From a virus (Duplodnaviria > Caudoviricetes), in the IMG/VR virus record IMGVR_UViG_3300048554_000080, positions 1 to 53,371 of that record: a DNA stretch of 53,371 nt; one strand, written 5' to 3'. Shown piece after piece: positions 1 through 10,098 of the stretch (position 1 is its first letter; every line of letters begins with the position of its first letter). The position numbers and the translations under genes were made by a program. The notes beneath the pieces are model-generated. The model did no database searches. It worked only from the letters and a program-made list of their open reading frames with translations, and was not told the origin of the DNA.

Positions 1-149
1 TGCCGAATACTTGAACATTGTTGTTGTTAACACTGCGGTCGTGTTCGGCTAGGATTGCGGATGTAGCATCATCAAATTCAGTTGCTTGTCCTGTACCACC
101 ACCTACTACCAACCAGATATTTGTAGTGGTCGCAGTCGCTACAAAAGTT
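1..149. repeat. Terminal direct repeat, copy 1 (circular-assembly overlap)
   Basis: 1-149 matches 53223-53371 except G23 vs A53245; it falls inside the tail-fibre ORF, which stays in frame across the junction. Confidence 0.95.
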
Positions 150-3100
150 ATACTATGTGTACCCGTCCCCATATTCATTTTTGCGGCGAGGTTAGTAGAC
201 GTTATAGCGTTAATATCAGTACTATTAGCCGCGATTAACCTAGAATATGAACCAGCATCCGCCAAAACTTTAACTTGAGCGACATACGACTTACCCACCA
301 CCGTAGTTATGGATTGATAAATACCACCATTGACACCACTATTCGGTGTTAGTGTTAACTTATTAGATCCACCTGATACGGTAGACTGAGAAGCCACCCA
401 GCTAGAGGTTCCGTTTGTGAAGCCCCCATTAGTAATCAACTCAGACCCAGTAACATTTGTATCATCAGTATCCGAAAGGGTAGCTAACTTGATGTCGCCG
501 TTCATCCAACCTGTGTTGAAAGAGTCTGTTATATGGCAAGCTGACTCACCTACATCCGATAAGCCGGTTAATAAAGATATACCTTTCTCACCTGTATTAG
601 ATCCAAAGGCGGGGTATCCTTGCGCCATACTATGCGCTCTTGTAGGGAGAGGAGGGCGAGTGTTGGGCATTGAACCACCGTAATACCAAGCGTTATTGTT
701 CCATAAACCATTCAAATGACTGCCACTACTTCCCGCAGGTAAATCTTCTCCTATTTTTAGTTGTGTTGTGAGAACGCCTTGGCAAAAAGCCATCCAATAA
801 CCATTCATAACTGTAATTTTGTTTACCGCAGTACTAATTGTAGAATCAACAGTCCCATCATCCTTAATAACACTCACTCCACCATCAGTAGCAACCGCTA
901 TGGTTGACACAGGTAGTCCAGTGTCAGCATCTATAGGTGCATTGGGGAGGACTGTTATTGCTAGGTCGTTGATAACTCCATTAACAATTTTTTTGGTGGT
1001 AGATACAGTTGTAAGATCAGACGCCGTGTTTCGATTAACAATTTGTGTGTGGGAAGTTACTGTACTTCCAACACCAACTCCGGTTCCTAGCTCGGTTATA
1101 AAATTGATTGTAGTAGCCCAGTTTCCTACCAAGCCACCTGTATGTATAGAGCCGTTTAGTGCCAATACCGAGGATAGGCTTCTACCCCCGCCGATACCAT
1201 AACCTAAGTAACCTCCTGCGCTTTGCCCATTAAACACCATCCACATAGGGAGATCAGGATCGTCTCCGTCATAGATAATCATCTTATATGGTTCGGCAAC
1301 AATCACAGCAACGCTTGGGAACTTCTTAGTTGCTCCACGAGTGCTAGTGTTTAACGACTCGTTGTACCAGCTAGTGTGCTGTGTGCGATGTCTCCATGCA
1401 CCACCGTCAGAGTCTTTACTAGTGTCATAGACGAATATGTCTACGGCAGTGTTAGACTTCGACTCAGCGATAGCTTTAAGGTCTATTTCATTTACCGACA
1501 GAGTGCTTGCCATATCGACAGCACCATCGATATCTACAGCATCAAGATTAGTTGTGCCATCAATATCAACATCACCTGATATATCGAGACTTGAGGCTAC
1601 GACTTCTCCGGTTACTGTGACACCAGTTGCAGTAGTTTCAAATTTTAGACTTGGGGATGTGCCGTGGTATAACTCGACATTACTGTTGTCGTTAACAGCA
1701 AACAAGAAATTTCCAAACTCGTCGCCAACTTTAAAATTACCACCACCATTTACTTTTAATTCAATACTAGACGTTGTGGATTTAATGACGTTTGTTGCGC
1801 CATTGTAAAAAATTTCTAAATCTGTATTCGCCCCAAATACTAATTTATCATTGTCACCAAGGTTGATATTACCAGTTGTAGTTAGCCCGGTGACTGTAGG
1901 ACTAGAGGTTGGTACGAAGTTAGTACCGTTGTAGGCTAAGACATCATTCGTACTTACCCCACCCGTATTAACGTCAGTCATGTCACTGAGTGACTGATTA
2001 GACAGAACAAAGGTGCCGTAAGTTACAATCTCTAAAATATCACCTACAGCCGCGTTAGAAGCTAACTGAATGCTAGTTCCTGAAGTAGCTGTGAAGTCTG
2101 TACCATTGACGAGACGGATACCTGACAAAAATACGTCAAGGAACCCAGCGTCGTATCCGAGTGCGTTGCCGTTGTCATCGTTACCACTAAAGGTATTTTG
2201 GTTAGCTGTAGCTGTGTACTTGTAACGCTCAGATGTACCGTTGACCGCTGAACCGGCAGATTGCCACCCAGAAGACCCGTATACCTTCATGATCTGTGCA
2301 GTTGTATCAAAGTACAATGCACCGATTACGAGAGCATCACCGTCGTTGTCTACTGTAGGTGCGCTAGACTTGGCCCCTAGATAACGATCATCAAAACTAT
2401 CGTATGAAGCGGCGGCGGCATTTTGACTCGCCAAGGCCGCATTCTGGCTTGCTAAAGCGGCTGTCGCGCTGTTAGCGGCGGCGGTCTTTGAATTAGAAGC
2501 ATTAGTAGCTGATGTCGCGGCCGCTACTGCGGAACCGTGGATAGCGTCTACATAGCCTTTTCTAGCGAGATCATCTGCATTAGTAGGATCCGCCGTTGTC
2601 GTGATTTTGTTTGTGCCTAGTGTGATGTTGCCGGTCATAGTACCGCCAGCTAAAGCTAGGCGGGTATCACGTTGAGTATCCGTGTAGGCTTTGGTAGAAG
2701 CATCTTGAGTATCCGTAGGATCAGTAACACCAGTTACTTTATTGTCTCCCATAGCAATAGCCCCGGTCATAGTGCCACCGGCTAATGGAAGTTTTTCTGC
2801 TATGCTGTTTGTTACTGTGGTTGAGAAATCTGCATCGTCACCTAAAGCGGCGGCAAGCTCATTCAGAGTGTTTAATGTATCCGGCGAGGAATCTACTAGC
2901 GCGGATAGTTCAGTGTCTACATAGTTCTTTGTAGCCGCATCTTGTGCATTAGTAGGATCTGCTACGTCGGAAAGTACCGCTTGGGTAAAGTCAATTGTTC
3001 CGTTAACAGTAACATTTTCAAATGTTGAGGTACCGGATGACGCAGAAATATTACCTGTGACGTTTCCTGTTACAGCCCCGGTAAAAGTTGCATCTGTTCC

Positions 3101-4567
3101 GTCGCTACCATTATCAAGAATTTTTACTAACCCGTCTTCGGAGTAAATATCCCCTGTGACGTTTCCGGCGACGTTACCTGTAAGAGCGCCAGTAATTCCA
3201 CTAGATGCTGTAACTGTAGTAAAGGCACCAGTAGAAGCAGTCGTGGATCCAATTGGCGTATCATCAACACTACCGCCAGAGATAACTGCGGTTGCTAGTG
3301 TTGCCTGTCCTGAAGTTGTAACTGTTGTGAATGACCCGGCGGCGGCTGTAGTTCCACCAATAGTTGTGTTATCAATTGCACCGGCATCAATATCTACCTT
3401 AGATATGTTGACTTCGCCTGTACCGTTAGGCGTGATATCAATATCACCATTATCATTAGTACTGGTAATCGCATTGCCGTCTATCTGTATATTATCTACT
3501 TTGAGATCTGTTACGACACTGTTGGTACCAATGGTAACACCATCGATAGAACCGCCGTCGATATCTGCCGTAGTAACTGTACCTAGATCATCTGTTGTAA
3601 CTCCAGTAAACGAGGCTGTAGATGAAACAGTTAAACCTGTAAAATTAGCAGTCGAGGCGGTACCCGCCCCAATATCTACACCATCTAATGTGCCGCCATC
3701 GATGTCTGCGGTGTCCGCCACAAGACTATCAATGTTTGCAACCCCATCAATAAATAAATCTTTCCATTCGTTATCCACGGCCCCAAGGCTGTGGGTGTCA
3801 TCCGTTGAAGGTATTAAATCAGAAGATACGTCTGCCTTAAATTCAACTGTGTCGGTAGCCGCATTACCTAAGATGGTTGAGCCATGAATGGTTACATCAC
3901 CAGACATAGTGACATTGCCGGTAATTCCAGCCGTGCCGCCTACAGTAAAGTTGTTAGTTACACCTAAAGACTCTAGGGTAGTGGCCCCACCGATGGAAGC
4001 CGAAGTAGTAAATGTGACAGCACCAGATACCGTCAGGTTACCACCAACATCAACATTCCCTGTACTAGACATAGTCTCGGCGTTGATATCATCAATGTAT
4101 CCTATTCCATCGACATATAAATCTTTAAACTGAAGTGTGCCGGTGCCCAGATCCACGGTATTCGTGGCCTTGGGAGCAATAATGTTAGTATTGCTTATAG
4201 CCGCAATAGTTACCCAGTTAGCGGCGTTTGTTGTGTTGTATAAACAAAGATGAGAGTAGCCGGTTGTGGCATTGATCCAGATCGAGCCGGGGGCGTAGCC
4301 CTCAGTGTTATCATTGGTGGTTGTGGGGTCGGACGTGGCAGTCGTGTTGTTACGTCCGCCAACACCACCGTGAACCACAGGAAGATAACCAGATACGGAG
4401 GTAGTAAGCGGTATCTTGGGTGCATTCCCTGTTGAGCCATCGTGTGAGTGTCCGGTTGATGAGTTAAAAGCGGCTAGAATCTGATTAAATTCTGCATTAA
4501 GTGGTGGCGCGGTAATGTTCGCACCGTTGATAATGTCCGCTACTGACTGTCTAGTATATCCCGCCAT
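1..4567 (-). CDS. Long tail fibre, N-terminal part (continues across the junction to 52456; ~1777 aa total)
   Basis: ATG at 4567 overlaps the stop of tail tube B. Reads MAGYTRQSVADIINGANITAPPLNAEFNQILAAFNSSTGHSHDG, a podovirus fibre anchor, with DIDGG and DPTxxQDAATKxYVD repeats. Absent from the ORF track, consistent with no stop before the window edge; frame matches ORF 52456..53334. Confidence 0.85.
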   Translation of the reverse strand, partial: MAGYTRQSVADIINGANITAPPLNAEFNQILAAFNSSTGHSHDGSTGNAPKIPLTTSVSGYLPVVHGGVGGRNNTTATSDPTTTNDNTEGYAPGSIWINATTGYSHLCLYNTTNAANWVTIAAISNTNIIAPKATNTVDLGTGTLQFKDLYVDGIGYIDDINAETMSSTGNVDVGGNLTVSGAVTFTTSASIGGATTLESLGVTNNFTVGGTAGITGNVTMSGDVTIHGSTILGNAATDTVEFKADVSSDLIPSTDDTHSLGAVDNEWKDLFIDGVANIDSLVADTADIDGGTLDGVDIGAGTASTANFTGLTVSSTASFTGVTTDDLGTVTTADIDGGSIDGVTIGTNSVVTDLKVDNIQIDGNAITSTNDNGDIDITPNGTGEVNISKVDIDAGAIDNTTIGGTTAAAGSFTTVTTSGQATLATAVISGGSVDDTPIGSTTASTGAFTTVTASSGITGALTGNVAGNVTGDIYSEDGLVKILDNGSDGTDATFTGAVTGNVTGNISASSGTSTFENVTVNGTIDFTQAVLSDVADPTNAQDAATKNYVDTELSALVDSSPDTLNTLNELAAALGDDADFSTTVTNSIAEKLPLAGGTMTGAIAMGDNKVTGVTDPTDTQDASTKAYTDTQRDTRLALAGGTMTGNITLGTNKITTTADPTNADDLARKGYVDAIHGSAVAAATSATNASNSKTAAANSATAALASQNAALASQNAAAASYDSFDDRYLGAKSSAPTVDNDGDALVIGALYFDTTAQIMKVYGSSGWQSAGSAVNGTSERYKYTATANQNTFSGNDDNGNALGYDAGFLDVFLSGIRLVNGTDFTATSGTSIQLASNAAVGDILEIVTYGTFVLSNQSLSDMTDVNTGGVSTNDVLAYNGTNFVPTSSPTVTGLTTTGNINLGDNDKLVFGANTDLEIFYNGATNVIKSTTSSIELKVNGGGNFKVGDEFGNFLFAVNDNSNVELYHGTSPSLKFETTATGVTVTGEVVASSLDISGDVDIDGTTNLDAVDIDGAVDMASTLSVNEIDLKAIAESKSNTAVDIFVYDTSKDSDGGAWRHRTQHTSWYNESLNTSTRGATKKFPSVAVIVAEPYKMIIYDGDDPDLPMWMVFNGQSAGGYLGYGIGGGRSLSSVLALNGSIHTGGLVGNWATTINFITELGTGVGVGSTVTSHTQIVNRNTASDLTTVSTTKKIVNGVINDLAITVLPNAPIDADTGLPVSTIAVATDGGVSVIKDDGTVDSTISTAVNKITVMNGYWMAFCQGVLTTQLKIGEDLPAGSSGSHLNGLWNNNAWYYGGSMPNTRPPLPTRAHSMAQGYPAFGSNTGEKGISLLTGLSDVGESACHITDSFNTGWMNGDIKLATLSDTDDTNVTGSELITNGGFTNGTSSWVASQSTVSGGSNKLTLTPNSGVNGGIYQSITTVVGKSYVAQVKVLADAGSYSRLIAANSTDINAITSTNLAAKMNMGTGTHSITFVATATTTNIWLVVGGGTGQATEFDDATSAILAEHDRSVNNNNVQVFG

Positions 4568-6423
4568 TAACGTCTCCCTGCGATGCTAAATTCAAAAACA
4601 ATACCTTGTATGCTATAAGGGGCAAAATCCCCCAAAGTAACGAAGGTAAGCTGACATGCGTATCCAGAGCCTTGTAGGCTCGTTGTAACGATGGGCTTCT
4701 CGGTGCCCCCGTAGTTGGTATTTGTACTGGCATAATTAATATTTTTCCCTTTATATCGTACCGGTGCGCCCGACGATTCCTGCGAATAAGAACTAGGCTT
4801 TGCTGTGTTGGGATCTTCCCAATCGTAGGTCACAGCCATGTTCAAAGTGAGTGGGCCTTCAGCACGAATAAATGTGTTGGCTTTACGCATGGTCTTTTTG
4901 ACCTCGGTGTCGCCGTAATCAAAAAATGGGGTTGCGTATACGGCGAGAATATCTGCACCGTCGAATTGGTTGGTCTTCTCTTGCTGGTAGACTTTACCGT
5001 TGTAATCCCCGTGTATAACTAGTTCGCTGGAACCCACATAAGCGGAGTCACAACAACTCGCCCGGATGCCAACTAATTCACCAAACTCCCATCCCAATCT
5101 CTGGTCTGCGGATCTAAGACCGCCGATAATACCGAAGCTGTCTTGGGTGAATATGCTGTCATCGCCTATAAAGTATCTCAATTGAGACTTACTTCTGATG
5201 ACTACTCCGTTGAGTGTTTCTAGATCATAATCTTGTGGTAGGGCTGTCAGTAGTTGTTGTATTGGTTTAGAGATTGTTTCTAATTCAACATCACCAATTC
5301 TACTTGTACCCGCTACCGGCCGTAATCCATCAGGTGCTAGAAAGACAAGATCACCCCCTAACTCCAACACCGAATCTCTCGCAATACAACCTACGTTGGT
5401 TGTGATCTGGTCTAGAACAAACCCGGCTGTTACGTCGGGGGAAACTTTCTTGATACCATTAGTACCAAAAACAAATAAGTCATCTCGGAAAGGTTTGAAC
5501 TGTACTACGTCAAAACCGATTGCTACCTGTCCAGCGCCAGCGGCGGCAGTAAAGGTAAGAGGATCGAGGGGTGCGGAATAAGCAATTGTTGCTTGGGCTA
5601 CTCTGTCTCCGCCTAAGAACAAATGGTTCTCAAATGCGTCTACTAACTCTGGTCTTTCCAAAGCACTAGACCCGCCGGGACTTGATGCTCCACCTGAGTT
5701 AGAAGGGCTGATAGACTTCCAGTTAGTTCCGTCAAATATGACAGCGTTATTAACACCATCTACGAAACAAATCTTGTTACCATCCCCGAAGTTAAAACTT
5801 ACAAAACGTAACTTTTTAACTGATCTAACACCGTCTTTAAACTTGTGTACTATGCCTGTGTTATAAACAGCCCAAGCGGCAAAAGGTACATATCGGTAAA
5901 ACTTATATTCGTTGGTATCTACTTCGATTATGTCGCCAGCCGAAGCTCCTGAAGCCAGTGTCACACTGGTAGCATCATGGCTGTAGTCACTGCTTCCAGA
6001 AAGTGTGGTAGTTGTACTGCCACTGGTCTTTTTAACTATTGTGTTGGACGTGTTGTTGTTTGCTAGTGTTCGAGCGTTAGAATCCGCCCCACTAAAAACT
6101 GTTTGTCCTGCCGTAGCTGTGTAAGTAAACTTTTTGACTTTTCTAGATGCTATAACAATTGTTGAATCTAGGTTGTCATCTTTGTGGATAGAGACTGATA
6201 GGATCTTACCTTCAGCGTTAGTCGGATCTACTTCTTGATGATTTGCGTTTGCATTGTAAGAAGTAAAACCCTCTACCCTTCGGTATCCACCAAACAAGCT
6301 AACTTCATAGTTAACTAATCTTGTTGCGGCTCCCGGGCTGTTTTCACTTAAATCAAGATGATTTTCGTTACTGTTGAGGCCCCCACCGCATATAACTTTG
6401 TAGGACTGTACGCGATCTGCCAT
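4567..6423 (-). CDS. Tail tubular protein B / nozzle
   Basis: 618 aa; GGLN start, beta-propeller-like segments, TNVGCIARDS and FLAPDGLR motifs; lies downstream of capsid and tube A. Confidence 0.8.
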   Translation of the reverse strand: MADRVQSYKVICGGGLNSNENHLDLSENSPGAATRLVNYEVSLFGGYRRVEGFTSYNANANHQEVDPTNAEGKILSVSIHKDDNLDSTIVIASRKVKKFTYTATAGQTVFSGADSNARTLANNNTSNTIVKKTSGSTTTTLSGSSDYSHDATSVTLASGASAGDIIEVDTNEYKFYRYVPFAAWAVYNTGIVHKFKDGVRSVKKLRFVSFNFGDGNKICFVDGVNNAVIFDGTNWKSISPSNSGGASSPGGSSALERPELVDAFENHLFLGGDRVAQATIAYSAPLDPLTFTAAAGAGQVAIGFDVVQFKPFRDDLFVFGTNGIKKVSPDVTAGFVLDQITTNVGCIARDSVLELGGDLVFLAPDGLRPVAGTSRIGDVELETISKPIQQLLTALPQDYDLETLNGVVIRSKSQLRYFIGDDSIFTQDSFGIIGGLRSADQRLGWEFGELVGIRASCCDSAYVGSSELVIHGDYNGKVYQQEKTNQFDGADILAVYATPFFDYGDTEVKKTMRKANTFIRAEGPLTLNMAVTYDWEDPNTAKPSSYSQESSGAPVRYKGKNINYASTNTNYGGTEKPIVTTSLQGSGYACQLTFVTLGDFAPYSIQGIVFEFSIAGRR

Positions 6424-6424
6424 G

Positions 6425-7147
6425 TTAGAGACCTATGTATTCGGGGCTCAATTTAGAATTTTTAGAGATCCGTGTGTCGTAAACGCGCTCGTATTTGTTA
6501 ATGAAAATACCCTGCATGTTTTTAATGCCTTGTTGGAAAACCTGTATAGATACTCCAGCGGCTTCGGGGTTATCCCGGAACATGTACATGTAGTACAAAG
6601 CCCCATCGATAATCACATTGTCGTATGTGTTAGGAATTCTTGTTTGATCAGAGTGTCCGTTCAAGCCTACGTTATTCATGTAGTACTTAAACTGAATATT
6701 ATAATTCTTATCTGGTGAAGGGCTTACAATGTACCCATTACCATGTGAAGGAGCTACAAACTCCGGGCATCGTATGCCAACAGCACCCGCGTCATCATCT
6801 GCGCTTTTGTACTGCTTGTAGTAAACATCACGATCCATAAACTCTAGCATCTTGTGTTCGACGCCTAGAGATTCGTTCTTCTGAATCTGGAATGTATTCC
6901 AATCCACGACCTTGAAGAACTCAGGCCAAGAATACTCCTCCTGACCAATTGCTAAAACTTGTGTGTGTTGAGCGGCGTTAAAAGGCCACTCGTATTCTGC
7001 TTGGTTAATCTGACCAATAGCATCGGCAATAGCATCTTTAGCAAGGGTCTGAACACCTCGCGTATTTGCAAAATCAGCTTCCGCTATTTCTACTTCGTTA
7101 ATCTTACGAAGCAGTTTATTAGTGAGGCTAAGATAAGTAGATGACAT
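6425..7147 (-). CDS. Tail tubular protein A / adaptor
   Basis: 240 aa; YLSLTNKLLRKINEV...WPFN pattern typical of podovirus adaptors; position after capsid. Confidence 0.8.
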   Translation of the reverse strand: MSSTYLSLTNKLLRKINEVEIAEADFANTRGVQTLAKDAIADAIGQINQAEYEWPFNAAQHTQVLAIGQEEYSWPEFFKVVDWNTFQIQKNESLGVEHKMLEFMDRDVYYKQYKSADDDAGAVGIRCPEFVAPSHGNGYIVSPSPDKNYNIQFKYYMNNVGLNGHSDQTRIPNTYDNVIIDGALYYMYMFRDNPEAAGVSIQVFQQGIKNMQGIFINKYERVYDTRISKNSKLSPEYIGL

Positions 7148-7172
7148 TGGTTAGATTACTCTAAATTAAGAT

Positions 7173-7207
7173 AAAAAAGGGGTAACCCTCCGAAGAAGGC
7201 TACCCCT
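7173..7207 (-). terminator. Intrinsic terminator after the major capsid gene
   Basis: Minus strand AGGGGTAGCCTTC-TTCG-GAGGGTTACCCCT followed by a T-run, just past the capsid stop. Confidence 0.9.
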
Positions 7208-7214
7208 AACTCAG

Positions 7215-8291
7215 TTACGCTAAGTTGTAATGAGCAGTCATCAGACCTTCAGGACGAAGGATCTTACGACCATACAACTGCATACCACGAACGATATCAG
7301 CAAAAGAGCCAGTATCGCGGTAGCTTTCAGTCTTAGCCAACTGCTGTGCAGTAGCTACACAAGACTGGTGTCCAGCTACAACTACACCAAAGTTCTCTTC
7401 TGAACCGGCTGAAGCAGAAGTTCCTGCACCAGTTCCGAAGTATGGCAAGTTGTTAGACTTGTACACTTTAAAGCCACGGATAAGACCACTGCCTACTCGA
7501 CCATTGCGGATCTCATCGCCACCACCGAAATCGGCGTCAACGAACTTAGAGTTTTCATCCATCAATAGCTCATAGAACACTGGGTCTGCAACGAACCAAC
7601 GATCTGCTGAGTCCACGTTAGCTTCGTCCATCTTACGCGCCATTCTGTTAAGAACTGCGAGAGGGCTAGTGATTGCACCAGCACCGCCGCCAGCGGCGAG
7701 AGGGATAGAAGTTAATGCGTGAGTATCAGCATCTGCTGAACCACCAAGATCAGAACCACCGAAATCAGTGATGTCCAACTTGTTAGCAAGCAACAGTTCG
7801 TCAGCACCAGCGGCTGAGTCAGCCTTAGTACCGTTAGCGGCCGAACGTGCGATCCATGCAGTACCACCAGCGTTACGCTCAAAACCAGACAAGTAACCTA
7901 ATACTTCTTGGTCGTAAGTGTCACGCAGTTTAAATGCGGCACGGTCAGTCGCCAAGTCCATGAAATTAACATGGCTGTGTGCGGCTTCGATATCGTCGAT
8001 CTTGAACATGTAGTAGTTCGCCTGATCGATGATCAGTGAGAAATCAGCATCGCTCAGATCCTGCGCCGCAACTGCTGTGCCACGGGCATAATCAGAAACT
8101 GTGATTTCTGGTTCCTTGATTATCTTGACGCTATCGCCATAAGAAGCGATCTCACCCATATAATCAGTGTTTGTGATGTCCTCCACCACTGATGTATTCC
8201 TAAAAGCCTTTTGGACTTTTTGGGAATAAATTACAGGACTAAAGTTACCATTAGGTAGGTTGGTATAGCCCGACGCTTTTTGAAAAGCCAT
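7215..8291 (-). CDS. Major capsid protein
   Basis: 358 aa; NLPNGNFSPVIYS, ITNTDYMGEI..GDSVKII and FADIVRGMQLYGRKILRPE motifs; strong GGAG RBS and downstream terminator. Confidence 0.9.
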   Translation of the reverse strand: MAFQKASGYTNLPNGNFSPVIYSQKVQKAFRNTSVVEDITNTDYMGEIASYGDSVKIIKEPEITVSDYARGTAVAAQDLSDADFSLIIDQANYYMFKIDDIEAAHSHVNFMDLATDRAAFKLRDTYDQEVLGYLSGFERNAGGTAWIARSAANGTKADSAAGADELLLANKLDITDFGGSDLGGSADADTHALTSIPLAAGGGAGAITSPLAVLNRMARKMDEANVDSADRWFVADPVFYELLMDENSKFVDADFGGGDEIRNGRVGSGLIRGFKVYKSNNLPYFGTGAGTSASAGSEENFGVVVAGHQSCVATAQQLAKTESYRDTGSFADIVRGMQLYGRKILRPEGLMTAHYNLA

Positions 8292-8563
8292 AATGCATCT
8301 CCTATAGATGTTAAGTTAAATCAGCACTAAAATTTTGTGGATTGCTCAACTATTGTTGAACTACGCCACTAGTGCTGGAACGAAACAGAAGGGAATACTT
8401 CATTAAGGGCTAAGTTCTTTCGGGTATCTTCGAGTGAAGGGCCAAAGATACTTAGGTAACTTTAGAGTGTTCTTCTGAAATTTTAAGGGAAGGGTGAGGT
8501 AGGAAAATATGATAAAACTAAAGTTAGACTTTAGAATTACATAGATTTCGGCTCTATTTGTTA
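8292..8563 (-). promoter_or_regulatory. Long structured 5' leader of the capsid gene
   Basis: ~270 nt non-coding with nested complementary segments (CAGAAG/CUUCUG, CUAAGU/ACUUAG, UAUCUU/AAGAUA, CAGCACUA/UAGUGCUG). Confidence 0.55.
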
Positions 8564-8568
8564 AGGTT

Positions 8569-8598
8569 GTTATACCACATTAACTAAGGTCTTAGCAA
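8569..8598 (-). promoter_or_regulatory. Sigma70-like promoter for capsid
   Basis: TTGCTA-18 nt-TATAAC with TG upstream of the -10. Confidence 0.5.
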
Positions 8599-8603
8599 GT
8601 GGT

Positions 8604-9383
8604 TTAACGCGCTCCACCAGTTACATCATACTCAAACAGCCCTTTACTGATTGATTCCATGATTTTAGCTTCGTTCTTTTCGTACTCGGCTGAAGTCATG
8701 TTCTGTACCTGACTTTCGGTGAAAGTGGCTTTACCGCTTGTTGGAGCGGCTACTCCACTTCGTCCAATGGCCTGAGCGGCGGCACTGGAATTCTTGGATC
8801 TTACTCTACGGATGCCTTTATCAGACTTGTAGAGGTCAATAGCTCTAGCCGCTGATCGAGGATCGGTATTGTTTTTATAGAGAGAGTCTTGGACATTCTT
8901 TGGTTGTTCCGAGACCCAATCATGAAACTCTTTCGTTGCTCGAATCTTATCAAAGTCCGGGTGGAGCTTTTTAAGTTCTAGCATCGCTTTTTCCATCTTG
9001 ATGCCTTGTTGTTGCTTTTTGATTTCCTCAAATTCAACCTTAGCATCTGTGACAGCTTCCTGAACTCGCTTCTGAGCGATTGTATCTACAATCTTAGCAA
9101 CATCAGGGTACTTCTTTGACCACGCTTCGACTTCTTGTTCAGTCTTAGGAAACTTAATCTGAGCGCGTGTTGCGTCATTAAGTTGTGCCTTCATCTGAGC
9201 GATTTCTTGGTCACGTTGCAACATTTGTTGTTGCATGTGGCGACGAAGGTCACCGTAGCGTTTCTTGAAGGTTTCTTCATCAGCATTAGCTGGTGGTGGG
9301 GTTGCGCTTTTTTGGGGTGCCGCTTGCACCTCTTCTTCCACCTGTTCGGGTTCATCCCGATAGGCGTTTCTATACTTAGCCAT
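8604..9383 (-). CDS. Capsid scaffolding protein
   Basis: 259 aa coiled-coil; FKKRYGDLRRH, HPDF...FHDWV and EGxFEYDVTGGAR-like C-terminus; directly upstream of capsid. Confidence 0.8.
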   Translation of the reverse strand: MAKYRNAYRDEPEQVEEEVQAAPQKSATPPPANADEETFKKRYGDLRRHMQQQMLQRDQEIAQMKAQLNDATRAQIKFPKTEQEVEAWSKKYPDVAKIVDTIAQKRVQEAVTDAKVEFEEIKKQQQGIKMEKAMLELKKLHPDFDKIRATKEFHDWVSEQPKNVQDSLYKNNTDPRSAARAIDLYKSDKGIRRVRSKNSSAAAQAIGRSGVAAPTSGKATFTESQVQNMTSAEYEKNEAKIMESISKGLFEYDVTGGAR

Positions 9384-9456
9384 ACATTCTCCGTTGGGGG
9401 CCGTTAAAGTAGACTAGCCGAAGCTAGTGGTTTATGCGGGTAGCCCGGGCCGCAAA

Positions 9457-10098
9457 TTACCTTTTCATCACAGCGATTTTCACACTGGGACGATAAGTAT
9501 TTTTGCCGTCTGAAGAGTCTTCTTCCTCTTCGACTTCCATTGTTTCTTCTTCGATCTCGGACACTGCCTCTTCGATTACGTTACCTTCCTCGGTTTCGTA
9601 CTCTTCTTGACCGTCGTAATTCAGGTCAGTCATCTCACTCATCTTATCCTTGTAACTAGGCATATCTTCTTCTTCGTAAGGGCAGTCGCAGTCTTCTTCG
9701 CCACAACATTCGTAGCTATCTTCTGCGTAGTGGTATCCTAGCCCATCACAGTGTTCACAGCCTTCGCCGTCACACTCTGGACAAGGTATCATCTCTTGTT
9801 CTTCGTCTTCGATTTCTTGGATCTGTCCTTCCATGTACATAGACATGAGACCAAACTTTGCTTCATCGCGTAGGGCCATAAAAGTTTTCAGGCCGTGATA
9901 ACGTACAACATCCGCTGGAACGACGTACTCACCATCACTCAAAGCCGCTGGTATATCATCGCGGACATTCATTTCGTTTGATCCGGGGGGAATTGGGTTG
10001 CCGGAGATTTCATCGATCCCAACCATCATGCCACCGCACTCGGGGCACATAGGATCTCCGCATCCTCCTAACATCATATCTTCAGGGTAATTATGCAT
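9457..10098 (-). CDS. Conserved acidic head-associated protein with Cys-rich zinc-finger segments
   Basis: DEISGNPIPPGS...VRDDIPAALSDGEYVVPADVVRYHG core; CPECDGEGCEHCDGLG; between portal and scaffold. Confidence 0.65.
   Translation of the reverse strand: MHNYPEDMMLGGCGDPMCPECGGMMVGIDEISGNPIPPGSNEMNVRDDIPAALSDGEYVVPADVVRYHGLKTFMALRDEAKFGLMSMYMEGQIQEIEDEEQEMIPCPECDGEGCEHCDGLGYHYAEDSYECCGEEDCDCPYEEEDMPSYKDKMSEMTDLNYDGQEEYETEEGNVIEEAVSEIEEETMEVEEEEDSSDGKNTYRPSVKIAVMKR

Noticed and set aside
18-4435. Plus-strand ORFs (e.g. 819-1202, 3156-3887)
   Set aside because: Antisense shadows of the repetitive tail-fibre gene; no recognisable motifs
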